NCBI GenBank assembly: GCA_041488255.1
Contig: JBGPOV010000006.1
Span: 14,096 to 78,095 of the forward strand
Direction: 5' to 3'
DNA from: Gammaproteobacteria bacterium
GTDB lineage: Bacteria > Pseudomonadota > Gammaproteobacteria > Burkholderiales > SHXO01
Length of the DNA: 64,000 nt
Position numbers and translations under genes: made by a program. Shown here piece by piece: positions 18,865-26,362 of the stretch (the stretch's first letter is position 1; every line of letters begins with the position of its first letter). A model generated the notes under the pieces. The model made no database searches. It was not told the origin of the DNA and saw only the letters and a list, made by a program, of their open reading frames with translations.

Positions 18865-19902
18865 ATGAGAGTTCTGCTGGCCACGCATGCGGGTCTGTTT
18901 GCGGACGCGTTTAGCGGATCGCTGACCAAGCTCGCGAGCCGGGTCCAAGTGGAACGCTGCGACCCGGAGCGCGTGGAGGAGCCCGACCCCGAGGCGGGCT
19001 TCGCTCTGGTGCTCATCGACGCCGACGCGGCCCCGGGCCGCGCTGCCAGCCTGGTGCGCAGCTGCCGCGACCGCCTCCCCGGGGTGCCGGTGGTAGCGCT
19101 CGCCAGCGGTCTAGACGAGAGCGTTATAGCCGGGATCATGAACGCCGGCGCCCAGGCCTACCTTCCCAAGAGCTACCGCGAGGCGCAGGCGCTTGGGGTT
19201 CTACAGATGGTGCTCGGCGGCGCGAGCCATCGACCGCATGCTGACCGCGGCCACCTCGCAGCAGATGGTCGGACGCCCGCATTCGTGGCGGACGAGGGCA
19301 CGAGCCGCCGGCTTGGCCCGAATCCGTACAGCCTTACCGAGCGGGAACTGCAGGTGCTCACCCAGGTGTGCGAGGGGCGGTCCAACCTAAACGTCGCCAA
19401 GCGCCTGGGCATCACGGAAGGAACGGTCAAGATCCACCTCAGCAACTCCTATAAGAAACTGGGGGTGGAAAACCGCACGCAGGCCATCCGCATCGTCGAG
19501 CGTCTGGACCATGTGCAGAACATGGCGCTGGAGGAGGCCGAGCAAGGTCTGTCGCTGCGCGACTGGCTGCTGCCCCACATGTCGGACGAGTCCCATCACA
19601 AGGGGGAGATCCTGTTTCGAAAAGGAGATCCGGCACGCGCGCTGTACTACATCCAGCAGGGCAAGGTTGCACTGCCGGAGATCGGTAAGCAGATGGCCGA
19701 GGGGGCGTTGTTCGGGGAGATCGGCATCTTCGCGCCCGAGCATTCCCGCACCTGCACAGCGCGCTGTGAGACCGACGCCCGCCTCTTCTGCCTGACCGCG
19801 GAGCGGGCGAAACGCCTGTACTTCGAAAACCCTCAGTTCGCCTATCACGTGATGCAACTGATCGCGCGACATCTGCTCGAAGATCAGTCCCGCCGGCACT
19901 GA
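18865..19902 (+). CDS. transcriptional regulator: atypical receiver + LuxR/GerE HTH + C-terminal cyclic-nucleotide-binding domain
   Basis: In-frame ATG at 18865 gives 345 aa. The REC-like region is MRVLLATHAG...VLIDADA...VVALAS...YLPK; the acidic pair is replaced by THA. LuxR HTH: LTERELQVLTQVCEGRSNLNVAKRLGITEGTVKIHLSNSYKKLGV. cNMP domain: GEILFRKGD...LFGEIGIF...SRTCTARCETDARLF. Confidence 0.8.
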   Translation: MRVLLATHAGLFADAFSGSLTKLASRVQVERCDPERVEEPDPEAGFALVLIDADAAPGRAASLVRSCRDRLPGVPVVALASGLDESVIAGIMNAGAQAYLPKSYREAQALGVLQMVLGGASHRPHADRGHLAADGRTPAFVADEGTSRRLGPNPYSLTERELQVLTQVCEGRSNLNVAKRLGITEGTVKIHLSNSYKKLGVENRTQAIRIVERLDHVQNMALEEAEQGLSLRDWLLPHMSDESHHKGEILFRKGDPARALYYIQQGKVALPEIGKQMAEGALFGEIGIFAPEHSRTCTARCETDARLFCLTAERAKRLYFENPQFAYHVMQLIARHLLEDQSRRH

Positions 19903-19938
19903 CGCGCCCCGACCGCGCGGCGCTCAGCCGCATCCGCC

Positions 19939-22317
19939 ATGAACCCGCGTGCCTTTCTAGGGGCGTCCTGGCTGGCCTGGCGGCATGCCCTCATCGCCGG
20001 TCTAGTGCTGGCGATCCTCGGCGCCGGGCTAACCATGACGCCCGCGCTTTGGCCGCTGCAGGAGAGTTTCGACCTGTGGCTCCTGTTCAAGCTGCGCGGC
20101 CCCAAGGCCCCCCCTGATGACATCGTGCTGGTGACCATCGACCAGCAGTCGTCCGAACGCATCACGCTGCCCATCGACCCCGAGGCGCGCAACCGCTGCC
20201 TCGATCTCAGGGTCGGAGATGCGCCTGCCTCGCACGAACGGCTGCCTCCGCCGCACCTGGTGATGCGCTGGCCCCGCTGTGTGCACGCACTGGCCGTCCA
20301 GGCGCTGGCTGCGGCCGGGGCGCGCGTCATTGCACTGGACATCTCTTTCCGGCCTCTGGTGCCGGGCGGTTCGGAGAAGGGTCTGCGGCTGAGTGAAGAC
20401 CAGGACCGCGCCTTGGCCGATGCGATCGAATCGGCCGGCAACGTGCTGATCGCGCAATGGCTCGATCCCGTCCGGATGAAGCGGGAGCCCATAGCGGGAG
20501 ACGCACGCGCCGAGCCGGCTGAACGGCCGGCCGCGGTGAGCCCGCTGATCGAGTCCGCCGCCCTGGGCACCGCGCCCTTGCGTTTGGCGTATGGGCAGGC
20601 GGGCCGGGTCAATGGGTTCGCCGCCTTCAGCCAGGAAGACGGGCCGATGTCGAGCATGCCGGCCCTGCTGCTCCAACGCTCCGTCGCGGAGGTGCACTCG
20701 GACCTCGTGCGCCTGATAGCCCAGGCCAGTCCTGAAGACGCCGAGCTGCTGCCGCGCACGCCGGAAGCGCTCGACCAGCGCCGGCCTTTGCAGGCCACTT
20801 CGCTGCTGTTGCGGCATCTGGTTCGATCGCAGCCGAGCCTGGCGGACGCTTTGCACGATTCCCTGGAAGGCCGCGACGGCGCGGGACTGCCTGCCCGGCG
20901 CCGCGCCGCCCTGCGGGCGCTGGTGGATCTGTATGCCGGCGACGCAGTTCGTTATCTGAACTTCTACGGCCAACCCGGGACGTTCCCTAGCGTGAGCTAC
21001 GCGGACGTCCTGAAGCTCGCATCGCGCAGCGGCGCACAACTTTCTCAGGAGCTGCGCGGCAAAACCGTGATCGTCGGTTACGTGGACTTCACCCCCGCAC
21101 AACGCGACGACCACTACCCGAGCGTCTACACCACCAGCGACGGGGTCAAGCTCAGCGGCAGCGAGATCCTGGCAACAGCGGTCGCCAACCTTGCGTCGGG
21201 CACCAGCGTGAAGCTCTTACCGCTTGCCTCGCGAACGCTGGTAGCCGTCGGTTTCGGCCTGGCGCTGGCTTTGTTGCTCCTGGTCCCGCCTCCTCTGCGC
21301 GGTCTTATCACCGGGTTCGCGCTGTGCGCTGCCTACCTCGGGCTCGCGCTGCTGCGGTTCCGGCTCGCATCGTTATGGCTACCGGTGCTCGTTCCGGTCA
21401 CGATCCAGGCACCGGCCGGCATCTTGTATGCGGCGGCCTATCACTACCGCGAGATGCGGCGCAAGCGCGATGAGCTGCGCAGGCTGTTCGGCAAGTTCGT
21501 TCCGGACCTGGTGATCGAAGGACTGCTGGAGAACCGAGCCCGGCTGGACACAGTGAACGAGCCGGTTTACGGGGTGTGCCTGGCCACCGACGCGGAGCGC
21601 TTTACAGCGCTGGCCGAAGGCATGCATCCGTCGCAGCTGGCGCGGTTTCTGAACCGTTACTTCGAGGCCGTGTTCCCGCCCATCACCGAAAAGGAAGGGG
21701 CGGTGGTCGACTTGATCGGCGATGCGGTCCTGGCGTTGTGGAGCGGACGGGAGGCCGACCGCAGCCTACATGTGAAGGCGTGCGAGGCGGCGCTCGAGCT
21801 GATGTCGGCGGTCGACCGGTTCAACGCGGCTTCGCCTACGCTCCGGCTCCCGACCCGCATCGGGATCTCGGGTGGCGAAGTCGCAACGAGCCCGATGGGC
21901 GCGGTCAACCACTTCGAGTTCCGCCCGGTGGGGGACGCCGTGGTGACTTCGGTTCGCCTGCAGGAGCTAAACAAGCTATTGGGCACGCGCATCCTGGCAT
22001 CGGAGCCGATGATCCGCGGGCTCGACGCGCTGCTGGTGCGAGACTTGGGGGTGTTTCAGCTGAGGGGCAAGAGCCTGCCCACCCACGTTTTCGAGATCGC
22101 AGGCGAGCGCGAGAGCGCCAGCGCCTATGTTATGCAGCTGTGCCTGGAGTTCGCGCTGGCCTTGGACGCGCTGCGTGGGGGCCGGCACGAAGCCGCCCTG
22201 GAGCGCTTCAGGGCGACTCACGACCGCTATCCTCAAGACGGGCCCACCGCTTTCTACGTGCACTGGCTGTCCTCCCACCCGCTGTGGGGCGGCGGCGCGA
22301 TCCGACAGTCCCCCTGA
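19939..22317 (+). CDS. CHASE2 sensor domain-containing class III nucleotidyl cyclase
   Basis: 792 aa. N-terminal TM, then a CHASE2-type periplasmic region (LLFKLRGPKAPPDDIVLVTIDQQS...VIALDISF...NFYG...VIVGY). Three TM helices follow (aa ~430-510). The cyclase homology domain reads VCLATDAERFTALAE...VVDLIGDAVLALW...RIGISGGEV...GDAVVTSVRLQE. Confidence 0.85.
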   Translation: MNPRAFLGASWLAWRHALIAGLVLAILGAGLTMTPALWPLQESFDLWLLFKLRGPKAPPDDIVLVTIDQQSSERITLPIDPEARNRCLDLRVGDAPASHERLPPPHLVMRWPRCVHALAVQALAAAGARVIALDISFRPLVPGGSEKGLRLSEDQDRALADAIESAGNVLIAQWLDPVRMKREPIAGDARAEPAERPAAVSPLIESAALGTAPLRLAYGQAGRVNGFAAFSQEDGPMSSMPALLLQRSVAEVHSDLVRLIAQASPEDAELLPRTPEALDQRRPLQATSLLLRHLVRSQPSLADALHDSLEGRDGAGLPARRRAALRALVDLYAGDAVRYLNFYGQPGTFPSVSYADVLKLASRSGAQLSQELRGKTVIVGYVDFTPAQRDDHYPSVYTTSDGVKLSGSEILATAVANLASGTSVKLLPLASRTLVAVGFGLALALLLLVPPPLRGLITGFALCAAYLGLALLRFRLASLWLPVLVPVTIQAPAGILYAAAYHYREMRRKRDELRRLFGKFVPDLVIEGLLENRARLDTVNEPVYGVCLATDAERFTALAEGMHPSQLARFLNRYFEAVFPPITEKEGAVVDLIGDAVLALWSGREADRSLHVKACEAALELMSAVDRFNAASPTLRLPTRIGISGGEVATSPMGAVNHFEFRPVGDAVVTSVRLQELNKLLGTRILASEPMIRGLDALLVRDLGVFQLRGKSLPTHVFEIAGERESASAYVMQLCLEFALALDALRGGRHEAALERFRATHDRYPQDGPTAFYVHWLSSHPLWGGGAIRQSP

Positions 22318-22340
22318 CACTGCCCTGTGGACCGCTCCGG

Positions 22341-22391
22341 TATGACGAAGCCCGCGGATTGCATACCTATGACGAAAGTTAGCTTGCATAC
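22341..22391. repeat. two tandem copies of TATGACGAA-N(8-10)-TTGCATAC in an AT-rich spacer
   Basis: Copies at 22341-22366 and 22368-22391. The second TTGCAT could act as a -35 (17 nt to TTAGAT), about 90 nt upstream of the ATG at 22483. Confidence 0.55.
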
Positions 22392-22482
22392 AAGAAAAAA
22401 AGGGGTTTAGATGGGATTTGCTTTCGGTCGTGATGCTTAGCCTTTAACGGGCCGGTAAGGCTCGGCGGGGAGGGGGTTAAGG

Positions 22483-25400
22483 ATGTTGCGGTCGGGCGTC
22501 TCGAGCGCTTCGGCCTTGGCGCTGGGGTGCGTTGTCCCAGCGCTCGTGGTGGTGTGCGCAACGCCCACGCGCGCGACGGCTGCCGACGCGCCTCCCACAT
22601 GCACGCCCGTGGTGGCGCGGATCGTCTCCATGCAAGGCATCGTCGAAGTGCGCCGCTCCGGGCAGCAGAACTGGTCTGCGGTCACCCGTTTGGATACGCC
22701 CGTGTGCCAGGGGGACCTGCTGCACGCCGGACCGCGCAGCCGTGCCGCGCTGGTCATTCTTCCCGAGAAGTTCGTCCGGCTCGACCAGAACTCCACGGTG
22801 AGCATCAGCATTGCGGGCGAGGAGACCATCGTCGAGTTCTTCCAGGACGAGACCACGCCCAAGGACGCCTGCGGTGCGGGCTATTTCATCACCCGCTTCC
22901 CGCGCAAGTTCAAGGTCCGCACGCCGTTCGTGAATGCGGCAGTGGAAGGCACCGAGTTCCTCGTCAGCATGAGCTGCACCGCGACGTCGCTGGCGGTGTT
23001 CGAAGGCAAGGTCAGCGCCGAGACGCTGCTCGCCAATGTGCAGCGCTTCATCCTCAGCAGCGGCGAAGCCATCTCCGCTGGCCCCGGCGAGCCGCCAGCG
23101 ATCAAGGTGCTGATCAAGCCGGTCGATGCGGTGCAGTGGGCGCTGTACTACCCCCCGCTGAGCGAACCCGGGCCAGGAGTGGGGCCGGATCAGCAGTGCG
23201 ACCAGCCCGCGCCAGACGAGAGTAGCCGCTGCCTCATAGTGCGCGCCGAGCAACGCTTGCGCGTCGGACGGGTGGACGAAGCCGAGGCCGACATCGACGT
23301 GTCGCTTAAGTTGATTCACGACAACAGCGATGCGGAGGCCCTACTCTCGGTCATCAGCGTGGTCAAGAATGACAAGCAAAGGGCTTTGGCATTGGCCCAG
23401 CACGCCACCCAACTCGGCCCGGTAAATCCGCGCGCCTGGATCGCGCTGTCCTACACGCAGCAGGCAAGTTTCAAGTTGGAGGATGCCCTTACCAGCGCCG
23501 AGCGCGCCGCCGAGCTAGAGCCACGCAGTTCCATCGCGCTAGCGCGCGTGGCCGAGCTCATGCTGTCGCTTGGCAAGGTCCGCTCCGCCGAGCGCGCTGC
23601 CCAGGCGGCCGTGGACGCCAACGCTGATGACAGTCGGGCGCATACGATCCTGGGCTTTGTGCACTTGGCGGCGATCGACATCAAGAAAGCCAAGGCCGAC
23701 TTCGAGGCGGCCATCGCGCGCGATTCGAGCGATCCTCTTCCCCGCTTGGGGCTGGGGCTGGCCATTATCCGCAAGGGCAACCTAACGGCGGGCCGCGAGC
23801 AAATCGAGATCGCCGTCGCCCTGGACCCGACAAACTCGCTGCTCCGCAGCTATATGGGCAAGGCCTACTACGAGGAGGACACCAAGGCGCGCGACCGGCT
23901 CGCCTCCACGCAGTTCGGCTTAGCCAAGCAGCTCGATCCTAAGGACCCTACGCCCTGGTTCTACGACGCGATCTTAAAGCAGACGCAGAACCGCTCCGTC
24001 GAGGCCCTCGAAGAGTTCCAGAAGTCCATCGAGCTCAACGACAACAGAGCGGTGTACAGATCGAAACTGCTGGTGGATGAAGATCGCGCGACGCGCGAGA
24101 CGAACTTGGCGCAGATCTACCAGGACCTCGGCTTCAATCAACCGGCCCAGATCGAGGCGTCGAAATCTGTCTCGTTTGATCCCTCCAATTACTCTGCGCA
24201 CAGATTTCTGTCCGAAGCCTCCAGCCCCGTCGAGCGGCAGGAAATCACTCGTGTGAGCGAACTTCTAAAAGCCCAGCTGCTGCAGCCCTTGAACCTGAAT
24301 CCTCCTCAACCCCAGGCCGCTTTCGCGCAGCTCGGAATCCTTCCCAGCGCGACTCAATTTGCGCCCGGTTACAACGAGTTCAGCCCCCTATTCGAAAGCA
24401 ACGGTTTGCATCTGTTCGCGACCGCCCTCGCAGGCAACGAAGAAACCCTTGGCGATGAGGTCGTGGTGTCAGGTTTGGTCGACCGACTCTCCCTGAGCCT
24501 GGGACAGTTCCACTACCAGACTCAGGGTTTTCGACCGAATAACGACCTTACGAACAACATATATGACGCTTTCGCCCAGATCGCCCTCACACCCAGCATC
24601 AACCTCCAAGCAGAGTACAGGACTCGTGATGCGGAGGCCGGCGACAGAAGCCTGACCGGCGATCCGACCATATCCGACCCGGGATTCCGGCGGAACTTGC
24701 AGCACGACGTCGCTCGGCTAGGTGCGCGCGTCGACCTCAGCGAGCGGTCTACAGTCCTATTCTCGGGAATTCACGCCAAGAGAGAGGAGAGTCTGTTCTT
24801 TCCCGATTTCTTTGGCATGCAGCTCACCAGCAGCGGGACAACCGAGACGGACCAGGGCGAAGCGCAGTGGATCTACAAGGGCTTCGGGGGCTCACTGGTC
24901 ACGGGCCTGGGAGCGTACGACGGCAACGCGCAACAGCAGGACCAGTTTTCTCCGGGCCCCTGCCCGTTCCCGCCATGCGAGCTAACCTTCGGCACAAGGG
25001 GACAGAACGCGTACCTCTTGTGGAGCTTCCAGCCCGCGCCCGCTATGTTGTTGGTATTGGGAGGCTCTTACGATCACGTCAACGAAGCGAACCTGGACGT
25101 TGAGAAACTCAGCCCGATGGCGGGCTTCTATGTCCGTCCACTCAGCTGGCTGTCTTTTCGCATGGCTGCTTTCCAGTCCGTGAAACCGGCGCTGGTTGCC
25201 GACCAGACGATCAGGCCAACACAGATCCTGGGGTTCAGCCTGTATTCCGATGATTTCAACGGAACGGTGGCAAACGGCTTTGCCATCGCTGGAGATGCGC
25301 GCCTTGGCTCTGACGCGCTGGCGGGCGTCGAGGCCTCCCGGCGTTCACTGTCCATCCCTCTGGATGCAGTTGGCTCCCCATTCTTCCTGAATTCGACAGA

Positions 25401-25848
25401 GAGCGCCTTGGGCGCGTATCTCGCATGGACGCCGCGGCGTGACGTTGCAGTCTCGCTCAGATGGCTCCGAGAGAATTCGACCCGGCCGGCAGCGGATGTG
25501 GCCGACGTGGGACTGCCCTCGCAAGTGACCAATGATTTGTTTCCCCTGAGCGTGCGTTTTTTCACCGCTGGCGGTTTCATTGCAGGCGCCACGGCAACGT
25601 ATGTCAAGCAATACGTGGCGAGCACATCTTTCCCTCCAACCAATCAGGCGAACAGCGACTTTTCTTTGGTCGACCTCTTTCTCGGCTATCGATTGCCGGA
25701 GCGTCGTGGCCTGATATCCCTAACTGTCAACAACCTCTTTGATAAGGAGTTCTCTTTCTATGATTTGAATTTTCTGACAACGGAACCGTTGAATCCGCGC
25801 TTTACCCCCGCGAGGACCTTCTTCGGGCGAATCGCGCTGTACTTCTGA
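22483..25848 (+). CDS. FecR domain + TPR repeats + C-terminal outer-membrane beta-barrel fusion protein
   Basis: 1121 aa.
- Signal peptide: ...VVVCATPTRATA/AD.
- FecR-like region: IVSMQGIVEVRRSGQQNWSAV...GDLLHAGPRSRAALVI...VRTPFVNAAVEGTEFLV.
- TPR region, aa ~250-560: AWIALSYTQQASFKLEDALTSAERAAELEP..., LGLGLAIIRKGNLTAGREQIEIAVALDP.
- Beta-rich C-terminal ~550 aa ending GRIALYF (terminal Phe, an OMP signature). Confidence 0.75.
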   Translation: MLRSGVSSASALALGCVVPALVVVCATPTRATAADAPPTCTPVVARIVSMQGIVEVRRSGQQNWSAVTRLDTPVCQGDLLHAGPRSRAALVILPEKFVRLDQNSTVSISIAGEETIVEFFQDETTPKDACGAGYFITRFPRKFKVRTPFVNAAVEGTEFLVSMSCTATSLAVFEGKVSAETLLANVQRFILSSGEAISAGPGEPPAIKVLIKPVDAVQWALYYPPLSEPGPGVGPDQQCDQPAPDESSRCLIVRAEQRLRVGRVDEAEADIDVSLKLIHDNSDAEALLSVISVVKNDKQRALALAQHATQLGPVNPRAWIALSYTQQASFKLEDALTSAERAAELEPRSSIALARVAELMLSLGKVRSAERAAQAAVDANADDSRAHTILGFVHLAAIDIKKAKADFEAAIARDSSDPLPRLGLGLAIIRKGNLTAGREQIEIAVALDPTNSLLRSYMGKAYYEEDTKARDRLASTQFGLAKQLDPKDPTPWFYDAILKQTQNRSVEALEEFQKSIELNDNRAVYRSKLLVDEDRATRETNLAQIYQDLGFNQPAQIEASKSVSFDPSNYSAHRFLSEASSPVERQEITRVSELLKAQLLQPLNLNPPQPQAAFAQLGILPSATQFAPGYNEFSPLFESNGLHLFATALAGNEETLGDEVVVSGLVDRLSLSLGQFHYQTQGFRPNNDLTNNIYDAFAQIALTPSINLQAEYRTRDAEAGDRSLTGDPTISDPGFRRNLQHDVARLGARVDLSERSTVLFSGIHAKREESLFFPDFFGMQLTSSGTTETDQGEAQWIYKGFGGSLVTGLGAYDGNAQQQDQFSPGPCPFPPCELTFGTRGQNAYLLWSFQPAPAMLLVLGGSYDHVNEANLDVEKLSPMAGFYVRPLSWLSFRMAAFQSVKPALVADQTIRPTQILGFSLYSDDFNGTVANGFAIAGDARLGSDALAGVEASRRSLSIPLDAVGSPFFLNSTESALGAYLAWTPRRDVAVSLRWLRENSTRPAADVADVGLPSQVTNDLFPLSVRFFTAGGFIAGATATYVKQYVASTSFPPTNQANSDFSLVDLFLGYRLPERRGLISLTVNNLFDKEFSFYDLNFLTTEPLNPRFTPARTFFGRIALYF

Positions 25849-25886
25849 AGACGTTCATCAACCACACCAGCAACAGGAGAGCAACC

Positions 25887-26198
25887 ATGGTATCACTACC
25901 CGGCGATATGTCACCAATCAATAAGGACGTCATCGACTACCTTCAGGTCTTATTCGATAGCAACGGTGGAACTAACCCCTCGAACGTGCGCACGATAGTG
26001 TTCTTCTTCGACGATAAGGATCCCCAATGCTATCACCGACCGGGGATGCCAACCGCGAAAAAAATCCCAGGCGGAAACATCAATGAGCAGGCAAAACAGG
26101 TTTCCCGACTAGACGAGGTGACGGTTGTGGTATTCCAGAAAAACCCCACGTGCTTTTGGAAGGTGATTAACGGGTCACATCGTCTCTACTGTGGCTAG
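25887..26198 (+). CDS. hypothetical small protein (103 aa, 3 Cys, no signal peptide)
   Basis: ATG lies 7 nt after AGGAGA and 38 nt after the barrel-protein stop. Composition is normal for a protein. The C-terminus is NPTCFWKVINGSHRLYCG. G+C is lower than the flanks. I recognise no family. Confidence 0.5.
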   Translation: MVSLPGDMSPINKDVIDYLQVLFDSNGGTNPSNVRTIVFFFDDKDPQCYHRPGMPTAKKIPGGNINEQAKQVSRLDEVTVVVFQKNPTCFWKVINGSHRLYCG

Positions 26199-26221
26199 CT
26201 AGGATCTCGGCTACTTTAGGT

Positions 26222-26277
26222 GAGCGCTGACCAATTTCACCCCTCTCGAGCCTGCAGACGCAGTGAGGTCAGCGCTC
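26222..26277. repeat. 11-bp perfect inverted repeat GAGCGCTGACC-N34-GGTCAGCGCTC
   Basis: Read directly in the 164-nt spacer between the 103-aa ORF and the DyP gene. Confidence 0.6.
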
Positions 26278-26362
26278 GATGCGTACTCAGCAAGAGCTAC
26301 CCCAAGGTGACCACACGCAGTCCGACGCTTGGGCCGTGTCGCAAAGCGGCCAAGGAGGAAAC

